Shown here: positions 47,717 through 56,619 of the stretch, piece by piece
Numbering within the stretch: position 1 is the first letter of the stretch
Layout of the letters: the number at the start of each line of letters is the position of its first letter
Position numbers and translations under genes: made by a program
Assembly (NCBI GenBank): GCA_013112555.1
Contig: JABFGK010000001.1
Coordinates: forward strand, 1,026,581 to 1,090,580
Length of the DNA: 64,000 bases
Origin: Planctomycetota bacterium
GTDB taxonomy: Bacteria; Planctomycetota; Phycisphaerae; Phycisphaerales; UBA5793
Reading direction: 5' to 3'
The notes under the pieces: generated by a model
What the model saw: only the letters and a program-made list of their open reading frames with translations
Told to the model about the DNA's origin: nothing
The model's database searches: none

Positions 47717-48903
47717 CACGGGTTCAATCCTCCGAATGATGATGGGATGACCAGTTCGCCATCGGGTTCGATGCGGGCCATCAGTTCGGTGCGGTCTGTG
47801 AGTCGCCGGATGCGGATCAGTTGGCCTGGTCGACCGCTTTCAAGTGCGAGGGCGGGCATGCGGACGATCCAGTTGCCGGCATGGGCGCGGACGATGACCT
47901 GACTGCGTGCCTGGACGAGGACCGGGTCGACGAGGTCGTTCACGTGCAGGATCTGCCCTTCGGACAGCCGAGATCGTGCCTGGCGCCCGATGTAGGGCAG
48001 GTCGACGGGGTAGACCGGGATCGTGCTCGGGGGCACAAGTTTTGTTTCAACGGCGACGTCGGCGGGCTGAAGTTCGGAGTTCCGCGCGATGTAATCCTGC
48101 AGGACGAGGACATCGATCAGGACTGCAACATCGACGGTCATGCGACGTGACTCGGTGATGGATCGACCTTCATAGAGGTTGATCTCGACCGGGACGCGCG
48201 GCGACATGGGCGCGGCGAGCGGGATCACTTCCAGGCCACGGCCTGCCACAGGCTGTGTCAGGAAGTTGTAGTCGTCGGCATCGCAGATGAACTGGACATC
48301 GCGCGGGTTCATGTCGGCTTCGAGTCGTGCAGCCAGTGTGTCGGTGACCGTCGCGCCGATGGTGCCCGGTTGTGTGTTGAAGTCGCTGAGCCAACAGGCG
48401 GGCCGGTCGGGGGAGTCTGTGCCGGGCCGGGTGTCTTTCCGATCCTGTTCGGCCTGCTTCTGATTTGTGACGTTCTCTGATGGCGATTCAGATGCGGCAG
48501 CCTTGATCGTACAGCGGCCGCCGGAGAGTGCCAACAGGGCATGGTTGACAGTGTTAGGGCCTTGTTTTTCTTTGATATAGGTGGGGGACTTGAGTGCTGC
48601 ACGGATGTCGGAGAGTGTGATCGTGGGCGATGTAAGATGGACATCGCTTCTAATGATCAGCCCGGACAGGGATGTTGCATAGGTTCCGGTCAGGTCTGCT
48701 ACATCTGCCAGCGTAATCACGTCGGTACCCGGGTCATACGTGGATGCGGGGCGAAGCCGGATGGTCCCGGAGGAAGGCGCGGCCTGGGTCGGCTTCTCAT
48801 CGGCCCCGGTTGCCTGGGTCGGGATGGCCCAGGCAAGCGTGGCTGTGATCAGCAGGAGCGTGCTGAGTGTGCGGTAGAGGGTATTACGTGTGGGCCGTGT
48901 CAT
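47716..48903 (-). CDS. flgA: Flagellar P-ring assembly chaperone FlgA (long form)
   Basis: The C-terminal SAF/FlgA region ...ARSRLSEGQILHVNDLVDPVLVQARSQVIVRAHAGNWIVRMPALALESGRPGQLIRIRRL... and a signal peptide. 395 aa. Confidence 0.75.
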   Translation of the reverse strand: MTRPTRNTLYRTLSTLLLITATLAWAIPTQATGADEKPTQAAPSSGTIRLRPASTYDPGTDVITLADVADLTGTYATSLSGLIIRSDVHLTSPTITLSDIRAALKSPTYIKEKQGPNTVNHALLALSGGRCTIKAAASESPSENVTNQKQAEQDRKDTRPGTDSPDRPACWLSDFNTQPGTIGATVTDTLAARLEADMNPRDVQFICDADDYNFLTQPVAGRGLEVIPLAAPMSPRVPVEINLYEGRSITESRRMTVDVAVLIDVLVLQDYIARNSELQPADVAVETKLVPPSTIPVYPVDLPYIGRQARSRLSEGQILHVNDLVDPVLVQARSQVIVRAHAGNWIVRMPALALESGRPGQLIRIRRLTDRTELMARIEPDGELVIPSSFGGLNP

Positions 48904-48923
48904 GTGCGTTTGTGTATTTCGCG

Positions 48924-49736
48924 TTAGCCTCTGCGGAGGGTATTGATTTGTTGGAGCGTTTCGTCGGCAGCCCGGACGACCTGGCCGTTGAGTTCGAAGG
49001 CCCGTTGGGTTTTGATCATGGAGACAAGTTCGGTGATCGGTTCGACGTTCGAGGTTTCGAGGAACCCCTGCTGGATGGCCCCGGCGTTTCCCTCGGTGGG
49101 GGTTCGTTCTGCGGGTGCACCGGAGGCTGCGGTTTCAATAAAGAGGTTTTCACCGACTTCTTCGAGGCCGGCCGGGTTGATGAAGAGGGCGAGCAGGATC
49201 TGGCCTGCTTCGGTCGGTTCTTCGCCTGAGTTTTCCTGTACGAGGACGCGGCCGTCCTGTGTGATTTCGATCTGGTCGAGTCGGGTATCGGCACCGACGT
49301 TGACGGGCGGGTCGAGTTGGCGTCCCTGGTCGGTTGCGAGGACGAGGTCGCCTTCGCCGTTGATGGCCAGGGCCCCGGCTCGGGAGTACCCGGTCCCGCC
49401 GCGGTCATCTTCGATGGTGACTTTGAGGAAGCCGAGGCCGTCGATCATGATGTCGAGATTTCGGCCGGTGGGCATGGCATCGCCCATGCGGAAGTCTTTG
49501 TGGGTGCCGGAGATTTCAGTGCCGAGCCCGACGAAGAGGCCCATCGGTCGGCGATCGCCGTTGAGGTTTTCCACGCCGGGCTGCTTCTTTTTAACATACA
49601 TCAGATCCTGAAAGTTGGCCCGACTCGCTTTGAACCCGGTCGTGTTAATATTGGCCAGGTTATTGGCAATGACATCGAGCTCGGTGCTGAGTGCAGAGAG
49701 TCCGGTGGCAGCGGAGTGTAATGCAGTAACGGCCAT
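48924..49736 (-). CDS. flgG: Flagellar distal rod protein FlgG
   Basis: MAVTALHSAATGLSALSTELDVIANNLANINTTGFKASRANFQDL ... GFLETSNVEPITELVSMIKTQRAFELNGQVVRAADETLQ. Confidence 0.9.
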   Translation of the reverse strand: MAVTALHSAATGLSALSTELDVIANNLANINTTGFKASRANFQDLMYVKKKQPGVENLNGDRRPMGLFVGLGTEISGTHKDFRMGDAMPTGRNLDIMIDGLGFLKVTIEDDRGGTGYSRAGALAINGEGDLVLATDQGRQLDPPVNVGADTRLDQIEITQDGRVLVQENSGEEPTEAGQILLALFINPAGLEEVGENLFIETAASGAPAERTPTEGNAGAIQQGFLETSNVEPITELVSMIKTQRAFELNGQVVRAADETLQQINTLRRG

Positions 49737-49812
49737 ATTCGATGTCCTCGTCCCGGGGTCAGTGTGTGTGTCTCACCGTGCGTTCATTTGTGTGCATGCG
49801 GTCAGTGGTTCG

Positions 49813-50595
49813 TTACACGAAGCGCCCGAGTCTGTTAATAGCACTGTTCATTAATTCATCCTGATACCGGATCATCTGGGCGTTGGCAGAGACGGCTGCA
49901 GTGGTGCGGTTGAGTTCCATGAGTGATTGCATGGGATCGACGGCACTCGTTTCGAGCCAGCCCTGGGAGATGGAGCCGGAGGCAGGGAGTCGGCTGTTTT
50001 GTTCGGTGTTACCGAGTCGGAAGGTGTTGGCACCTTCTTTTTCGAAGGCTTGGAGATCGGCGATGGTGATGAGTTGAATGCGTGCGACGGTCGTATTGCC
50101 TTGCTTGACGCTGCCGTCGGATTCGATGCGGACGTCGCCGCGTGTCGGATCGACTTCGATGGGGCGATCGTTTTCATCGAGGACGCGCATGCCGCTGCCG
50201 GAGTGAACGAGCATGCCGTTGTTGTCGATGCTCATGGCTCCGTCTCGTGTGAATCGGAGTCTGGTCGAGTTGGCGGTGGCACCGGATGAGAGTGTGAAGA
50301 AGCCCTCGCCGCGGACGGCCAGGTCGAGGGGGTTGCCGGTTTGTCGGAGGGCCCCATCACGGAACAGGGTGACGGTGGGGTTCAGCAGGCTGCCGCCGCC
50401 GAGGTTTTCGAGCAGTCGATTCGGGTCGTCGAGGCTGAGGTTATCTTCGAGGCGTTCGGGTTCGCGCTGGCGGATGATGGGCATGTCGGGTTTGAAGCCG
50501 ACGGTGTTGACGTTGGCAATGTTATTGGAGACCACATCCTGCATGTGGCGGTTGACGAGGAGTCCGGATGCGGAGAGGTACAGGCCGTAGTTCAT
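49813..50595 (-). CDS. flgF: Flagellar proximal rod protein FlgF
   Basis: MNYGLYLSASGLLVNRHMQDVVSNNIANVNTVGFK ... GWLETSAVDPMQSLMELNRTTAAVSANAQMIRYQDELMN. Confidence 0.85.
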   Translation of the reverse strand: MNYGLYLSASGLLVNRHMQDVVSNNIANVNTVGFKPDMPIIRQREPERLEDNLSLDDPNRLLENLGGGSLLNPTVTLFRDGALRQTGNPLDLAVRGEGFFTLSSGATANSTRLRFTRDGAMSIDNNGMLVHSGSGMRVLDENDRPIEVDPTRGDVRIESDGSVKQGNTTVARIQLITIADLQAFEKEGANTFRLGNTEQNSRLPASGSISQGWLETSAVDPMQSLMELNRTTAAVSANAQMIRYQDELMNSAINRLGRFV

Positions 50596-50885
50596 GCTGC
50601 GTGCCCTCCTCCCGGGTCGTCCTGATCAGTGGTGTCGGCCGGACCGGAGAATGGCAGCGGGGCAATGCGGGTGGCGTCGAACTGTGGTTGTTCTTCGTTG
50701 GCCATCATCATGGTGTGGGCCTGGGCAGCGAGGGTGGCAAGTCGGACAACGAGTTTGCCGAGGTCATGGGGGTCGGTATCGCGGCGGAGGCGTGCCAGGA
50801 CCGGCGAGGGGGGCGACCTGTGCGTCCCGAGCATCGGCATACTGCTGCTGCTCGTGTTGTTGGCGCGCATGCAGATGTTTGTCAT
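50592..50885 (-). CDS. Small hypothetical protein translationally coupled to flgF
   Basis: 97-aa ATG ORF whose TGA overlaps the flgF ATG (ATGA). No recognisable motif, weak RBS. Confidence 0.35.
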   Translation of the reverse strand: MTNICMRANNTSSSSMPMLGTHRSPPSPVLARLRRDTDPHDLGKLVVRLATLAAQAHTMMMANEEQPQFDATRIAPLPFSGPADTTDQDDPGGGHAA

Positions 50886-51159
50886 CCTGAATTTTCAGTG
50901 ATGCAGCGCTCAACGATCTCAAATGACAAGCCTGATCGCGTCCATACGTCACAGCGGCACTCCTTGCCTGTGGCTCGGTTCTACAACGGTTGTCATGCAA
51001 TCGGCGGGCCGGGAATGGGGGGGGGTTGGAGTGGGGTGTGTAAGTGGTTGATGGTTGGCGAGTTAGGGGTGGTTATGGTAACGGGAGTGGTTCGGTGTTG
51101 GTGTGGGGATGAAGCGCAAGGATTGCCGGGCAGGGGGCGCAGGGGGTGGGGGAATGTGA

Positions 51160-51345
51160 GGGGTGAGTGTTAGCCGCGAGGGGGAGCCGGGGGCGGGGGA
51201 GACCCCACGGATTGGAATCCGTGGGCTTGGGGAGGGGTGGGGAGGAGCGACCCCACGGATTGGAATCCGTGGGCATGGTGAGTCGGGGAGTGGGGAGGAG
51301 CGACCCCACGGATGGGAATCCGTGGGCTTGGGGAGGGGCCGGGGG
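51160..51345 (-). repeat. Hairpin repeats: I-E composite followed by two further E copies
   Basis: CCCCACGGATTGGAATCCGTGGGC at 51203-51225 and 51251-51274; the variant ...GGATGGGAATCC... at 51304-51327. Confidence 0.85.
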
Positions 51346-52338
51346 CTAATGCATCGATTCCACTTCCAGGGCTGCGCGGTCGGCGTGGTAGGAGGAGCGG
51401 ACCATCGGGCCGCTTTCGATCGAGCGGAAGCCTTTGTCCAATCCCGTCTGTTTAAAGGAGGCGAACTGATCGGGTGTGACCCAGCGGTGGACGGGCAAGT
51501 GGTTGCGGGTCGGCTGCATGTACTGGCCGATCGTCATGATGTCGCATTGCGATCCGGTGAGGACGTCGTCCATCAATTCATCGACTTCATCATCGCGTTC
51601 GCCGATGCCGACCATGATGCCGGTTTTGGTTATCAGGCCGGCCTGCTTGGAGCGATCGAGCAGTTCGATGGAGCGGTCGTACTTGGCCTGGGGGCGGACG
51701 ACACGGTACATGCGGCGGACGGTTTCCATGTTGTGGCCGAGGATATCGGGCTGCGCGTCGATGATGGTCTGGAGGTGCTCCCACTTGCCGCACATATCGG
51801 GGATGAGGACTTCGATCCGGGTGTCGGGGCTGGCTGCGCGCACCTCGCGGATGGTGTCGGCCCAGATGGCAGCGCCGCTGTCGGGGAGTTCATCGCGGTT
51901 GACGGATGTGATGACGACGTGCTTGAGGGCCATGATGCGGACGGCATCGGCGACCCGATGGGGCTCATCGGTGTCGAGGATGGGTGGGCGTCCAGTTTTG
52001 ACGTGGCAGAAGCCGCAGGACCGGGTGCAGACCTCGCCGAGGATCATGATGGTGGCCACGCCGTGTGACCAGCATTCGCCGATGTTGGGGCACTTGGCTT
52101 CTTCGCAAACGGTATTCAGATTATTGCGATGCATGAGATCGCGGAGTTTGATGTAGTCGTCGCCGGACGGGAGTTGTGCTCGGATCCAGGCAGGCTTGCG
52201 TTTCTGGAATGAGCGGTCGCCGGGCTGGGGCTGGTCGAGGATTCGATCTGTGAGGCTGATTTTTGGCATTGCGGTGAGGGTTTCGGCTTGATGTGCAATT
52301 GTCAACGTGAAATGGGTGTTGTAGAGGTCAGTACTCAC
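51346..52338 (-). CDS. lipA: Lipoyl synthase
   Basis: CEEAKCPNIGECW and radical-SAM CTRSCGFCHV clusters. KPAWIRAQLPSG matches the LipA N-region. The start is either GTG 52338 (ORF track) or ATG 52269. Confidence 0.95.
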   Translation of the reverse strand: MSTDLYNTHFTLTIAHQAETLTAMPKISLTDRILDQPQPGDRSFQKRKPAWIRAQLPSGDDYIKLRDLMHRNNLNTVCEEAKCPNIGECWSHGVATIMILGEVCTRSCGFCHVKTGRPPILDTDEPHRVADAVRIMALKHVVITSVNRDELPDSGAAIWADTIREVRAASPDTRIEVLIPDMCGKWEHLQTIIDAQPDILGHNMETVRRMYRVVRPQAKYDRSIELLDRSKQAGLITKTGIMVGIGERDDEVDELMDDVLTGSQCDIMTIGQYMQPTRNHLPVHRWVTPDQFASFKQTGLDKGFRSIESGPMVRSSYHADRAALEVESMH

Positions 52339-52642
52339 TGAAAACCGGTCTGGTTTTGGTCAATCATGCGTTTCGGGCTTATCAGACCCGTTTGAATGCG
52401 ACGATAGAGACAACGCGGACGAATGCGATGCCCGAGTGGCTGTGTGCGCGCCCATTGTATCGGTATCCGGTGGGCGTGTTTCCGGTTGACCGGTTATCGG
52501 TCGCGGGTACCGTCAGGCGTCTGCACGATGGATTCGAGGTCAGAGAACGGCTGTTTCGCGCAGGCGGTCGGCCGGTTCTGTGTCTGCATAGAGTTTCTAT
52601 TTCCCCCCATGACCTGACGCTTGTCGGGAGCGAGAACGAGGC

Positions 52643-54361
52643 ATGAGCATACAAGCCGCACGACGAAGGATCTGTCTTGCCGCCGCTGGTTTTGGCATGG
52701 TTGCGCTGACTGCTGTGATCGGTGGTTGTGCAGCGGATTCGTGGTTTGATCCGAGTGTTCTTGGTCGGTACGAGAACACGCCGGCGGTCGCCCCGATTCT
52801 GGATCGGCTGGACATCATCGAATCGGAGTTGGATGAGACGCTGGAGACGACCCCGCCGACTGCGTCTGATTTGATCCCGGAGGTTCAGCCGTATGTGGTG
52901 GGCGTGAGCGATGTGTTAACGGTTGACATTTTCGAGTTATTCGCACCGAACACGCCGTACCAGGTTCAGCGGGTGGTGGATCAGACGGGTCGGATGACGG
53001 TGCCGCTGGTGGGTGATGTGGAATGTGCCGGGTACACGGAGGAGCAGATTCGGGACTATATCAAGGACATCCTTGATCCGGACGTGTTGATCGACCCGCA
53101 GGTGAGCGTGATTGCCGAGACGAAGCGAGAGAACACGTTCACGATCATCGGTCCGGGGATTCAGAATGCGACGATGATTCTGCCTGAGCCTCGATTCCTG
53201 TTGCTGGATGCGTTGGCGCAGGCCGGCGGGATTCCGGCGACGGCCGAGAACATTTACATCATCCGTCAGATTCCGTTGTCGGACAAGGTGGTTGAAGGGT
53301 GGCGGAAGGTCGGAGGGGACCAGCCACGACCGACGGCCGAAGCAGGCCGCGATTCGGAAGGCACTGAGGCTGAGTTGGATGCTGCGGAGTTGGAGGATCT
53401 GATTGATGAGTTGACGGACCCGGCTTTACTTGACAAGGCACCGGCCGGGGATGACGAGTTGATGCAGGAGCCGGCAGCGTCTGATGCAGGGGCGCTTGAT
53501 CTGGGAGCCGGCGACGAAGAGGAGTTTCTCGCACGGGCGCTGGAGGGTGGTGAGGCATCGGATGCGGCTGCGGTGATTCACCGAGCCGACCTCGGCGCAG
53601 GGAGCGATGCAAGCAACGGGACGCAGCCGGTTGATATGGCACGGGACTCGATGGTTTCGACGGCAGCGGGTCAGGATCAGATTGAGCCGGCGATTGAGGT
53701 GCCGGACCCATCGGGATTGGGGTCGGGCGGCGGGCCTGCCGGCAAGTGGCTGTACCTGAACGGCAAGTGGGTTCGGGTGGTGACGAGCGAGGATCGTCGC
53801 GAGGCTGCCGAGGCCGCCACGCGCGGCGGGACGCTGGCGGTTGATACGGATGCCGATCAGTTGGTAACGCAGCGGATCATCCGGATTCCGGTTCGGCCGC
53901 TGCTGGAGGGCAACGCCCGGTACAACATTGTGGTGCGTCCTGATGATGTGGTTCGTCTGCCCGACGTCCCGCAGGGCTTTATCTACATTGGTGGAGAAGT
54001 GGCCCGGCCCGGGCCGTACACGGTGTCGCCGTATGGTGATCTGACATTGACGCGGGCGATTGAAGCGGCGGGTGGACTCGGGCCGCTGGGGATTCCGGAG
54101 AAGGTTGACGTGACGCGATTGATCGCCGGGGATCGTCAGATCACGGTGAAGTTGAATCTGCGTGCGATCTATGCGATGACGGAACCGGACGTGTATCTGA
54201 AGCCGGGCGACCGGATCAATGTCGGGACGACGTGGTATGCGGCGCCGCTGGCCGTGATTCGCAACGGGTTCCGGATGACGTATGGGTTTGGCTTCCTGCT
54301 GGATCGGAACTGGGGCAACGATGTGTTTGGTCCGCCGCCGACGCGCGTGGTGGGGAACTGA
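52643..54361 (+). CDS. Polysaccharide export outer-membrane lipoprotein (Wza/EpsE-like; Poly_export plus SLBB domains) with long acidic insert
   Basis: Lipobox VIGGC. Poly_export core YVVGVSDVLTVDIFELF...TVPLVGDVECAGYTEEQIRDYI. SLBB-like IYIGGEVARPGPYTV. Confidence 0.8.
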   Translation: MSIQAARRRICLAAAGFGMVALTAVIGGCAADSWFDPSVLGRYENTPAVAPILDRLDIIESELDETLETTPPTASDLIPEVQPYVVGVSDVLTVDIFELFAPNTPYQVQRVVDQTGRMTVPLVGDVECAGYTEEQIRDYIKDILDPDVLIDPQVSVIAETKRENTFTIIGPGIQNATMILPEPRFLLLDALAQAGGIPATAENIYIIRQIPLSDKVVEGWRKVGGDQPRPTAEAGRDSEGTEAELDAAELEDLIDELTDPALLDKAPAGDDELMQEPAASDAGALDLGAGDEEEFLARALEGGEASDAAAVIHRADLGAGSDASNGTQPVDMARDSMVSTAAGQDQIEPAIEVPDPSGLGSGGGPAGKWLYLNGKWVRVVTSEDRREAAEAATRGGTLAVDTDADQLVTQRIIRIPVRPLLEGNARYNIVVRPDDVVRLPDVPQGFIYIGGEVARPGPYTVSPYGDLTLTRAIEAAGGLGPLGIPEKVDVTRLIAGDRQITVKLNLRAIYAMTEPDVYLKPGDRINVGTTWYAAPLAVIRNGFRMTYGFGFLLDRNWGNDVFGPPPTRVVGN

Positions 54362-54533
54362 CGGCGCACTCGTCTTGAAGGACATGACACGGTCATGGCG
54401 GCCGGTGGGGCCGTCATGATTCATGAGTACGGGTGGGTGGAGTGAAGGCACCGGCAGCCGACATGCCTTGTGCACTGTCGGTTGGCGGGCCGACTGCTGG
54501 TGGGACTCCGGAGATCGATCGAGTAGCAATCCC

Positions 54534-55556
54534 ATGAACGAGGCACAAGCGGACTATCAGGGGTGGTGGCGAAACCGGGTGTGGCTTTCGGTGCACCTGG
54601 GTCTTGTGCTCGTGGCGTTCGCGGTGTACTACTGGACGTTTCTGCAGAAGCAGGCATTGATCAGTTTGAATCCGGACTGGTCGCATGCGTATCTCGTTCC
54701 GGTGATTGCCGGCTATTACGTGTACCTCAATCGCGAGCGTCTGGCACGGCTTCGGGTGCAGCGATGCTGGTGGGGGGTGCCGCTGCTGCTGATCGGCATG
54801 GTCGGGTACTTCGGGTTTACGCTGACGAGTTTGAACAATCACACGTTGCAGGGCTTTTGTATGATTCTGAGCCTGAGCGGGGTGATTTTGTTTCTGCTCG
54901 GTCGGCCGATGTGGATGGTGCTGCTGTTCCCACAGGCATATATGGTTCTGGCTGTTCGCATGCCGGAGCCGTTGCTGCAGTTGGTGACGCCGAAGTTGCA
55001 GCAATGGGCAGCGGTCGGTTCGTATTACCTGCTGAACATCATCGGCTACCCGACGGATCTCGAAGGGGTGAAGTTGTCGATCATCGACGGGGGCGATGTG
55101 TACCCGTTGAACATTGCCGAGGCATGCAGCGGGATGCGGATGGTGGTTGGTTTTCTGGCACTGGGGATTGCAATTGCGTTCCTGTCGTGCCCGCGTTGGT
55201 GGCAGCGTGTGATCCTGGTGCTGCTGGCGGTGCCGGTGGCGGTGCTGGTGAACATCATTCGGGTTGCCACGATCGGTGTGATGACGACATTTGATGAAGG
55301 ATGGGCCCGAGGGGATGCGCATATTTTCCTGGGCCTGGTCTGGCTGTTCCCGGCGCTATTGCTGTATCTCGGGCTTGCGTGGGTGTTGCAGCACATCGTG
55401 ATTTACGAGGATGAGGGATCACAGCAACGCGAGCAGAAGCAGCAGCAGCAGCACTCGGAACCCGTGCAGGCGCCGGTTGCAGAGCAGGGTGGGCTGCGGC
55501 TTGTGCCGAGTGATGGTGAGGCAACGACGGATTCGGCAAGTGAGGTCAGTGCATAA
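54534..55556 (+). CDS. Exosortase (EpsH/Xrt family)
   Basis: Polytopic membrane protein with catalytic-region motifs NIAEACSGMRM (Cys), VNIIRVATIG (Arg) and GDAHIFLG (His). A Gln-rich tail. Followed by epsI. ATG 54534 preferred over the track start 54423. Confidence 0.85.
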   Translation: MNEAQADYQGWWRNRVWLSVHLGLVLVAFAVYYWTFLQKQALISLNPDWSHAYLVPVIAGYYVYLNRERLARLRVQRCWWGVPLLLIGMVGYFGFTLTSLNNHTLQGFCMILSLSGVILFLLGRPMWMVLLFPQAYMVLAVRMPEPLLQLVTPKLQQWAAVGSYYLLNIIGYPTDLEGVKLSIIDGGDVYPLNIAEACSGMRMVVGFLALGIAIAFLSCPRWWQRVILVLLAVPVAVLVNIIRVATIGVMTTFDEGWARGDAHIFLGLVWLFPALLLYLGLAWVLQHIVIYEDEGSQQREQKQQQQHSEPVQAPVAEQGGLRLVPSDGEATTDSASEVSA

Positions 55557-55558
55557 CG

Positions 55559-56521
55559 ATGCGGACGGCATGTCGCTACATTCTGGATACGCTGGCTGTG
55601 CTGCTGGTGGTGGCAATTCTGGGTGCCGGGACCTACGGGTTCCGTGTGGCGCAGAAGGAGATGCGTGCGGTTTTGATCAAGAAGCCGGTGCCGTTGCGTC
55701 ATTCGTTTTCGGAGTTGCCGCGTCATGTCGGAGACTGGCAGCGGATCGGGAGCGATGCGGAGTTGACGGCCGAGGTTGAGGAGAGTCTGGGCACGGATCT
55801 GTATCTGTCGCGCGATTACGCGTTGCAGGGTGACCCGGACAAGGGGATTCTGCGTTTTCACATTGCGTACTACACGGGGATGATTGATGCGGTGCCGCAT
55901 GTGCCGGAGCGGTGTTACGTTGGGAGCGGGTATGCGAAGTCAGCGCGTTTCGAAGCGTTGCCGGTGACGTTGGATCAATCGGGGTGGTGGCAGGATCGCG
56001 AGGGGGGTGATGCCGGCACTTCAGCAGGGGGAGATGCAGGGGATGCGGAGAATGGCACGGCGGCCTCCGGGGCTGATGCACCGGCGTCTTCGTATTGGAT
56101 GACACGGTCCGCTTCGAGTTCGTTTGTTCGGCTGCCGCTGGTTGACGGTGATAGTATCAGGATGAACATTCGTCAGTACTGGAGCCCGAGCCGTCCTGAG
56201 GTTCGGTTCAGTGCCGGTTATTTCTTTGTGGCCAACGGTTGGGCAACGCCGTATGCCGAGCGTGTGCGGCTGTTGGCGTTCGATTTGACGGATGTGCATG
56301 CGTATTACTGCAAGGTTCAGTTGACGTATGAGTTTCCTGATGCATCGGTTGAGCCTTCGGAGTTGGCAGAGGTGGCCGGCGAGTTCTTGAACACGATGCT
56401 GCCTGAGATCATGTATTGCCTGCCGGACTGGAGCGAGGTGGAGCAGTCGGCTGCATCGGAAGGCAGTGGGGGAGCGTCTGACGAGGGGATGAACGACGGG
56501 AGGCCGGCATCCGGTGGGTGA
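55559..56521 (+). CDS. Exosortase-associated EpsI family protein
   Basis: N-terminal TM, then ...SFSELPRHVGDWQRIGSDAELTAEVEESLGTDLYLSRDY..., the EpsI pattern. It starts 2 nt after the exosortase stop. Confidence 0.75.
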   Translation: MRTACRYILDTLAVLLVVAILGAGTYGFRVAQKEMRAVLIKKPVPLRHSFSELPRHVGDWQRIGSDAELTAEVEESLGTDLYLSRDYALQGDPDKGILRFHIAYYTGMIDAVPHVPERCYVGSGYAKSARFEALPVTLDQSGWWQDREGGDAGTSAGGDAGDAENGTAASGADAPASSYWMTRSASSSFVRLPLVDGDSIRMNIRQYWSPSRPEVRFSAGYFFVANGWATPYAERVRLLAFDLTDVHAYYCKVQLTYEFPDASVEPSELAEVAGEFLNTMLPEIMYCLPDWSEVEQSAASEGSGGASDEGMNDGRPASGG

Positions 56522-56619
56522 TCGGCGTGGTGTCGCGTGCGTCGGGTGTGTTGCCGATGTCGCGAGTGTGAACGAACGGATGACTCAAGAACGACTTGAA
56601 TAGTCGAGAGGTGGCATGG

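Noticed and set aside
50955-50968. Sigma-54-like GGCAC...TTGC element upstream of the flagellar cluster
   Set aside because: It is on the wrong strand for the flagellar genes, and the GG to GC spacing is 8 nt instead of 10.
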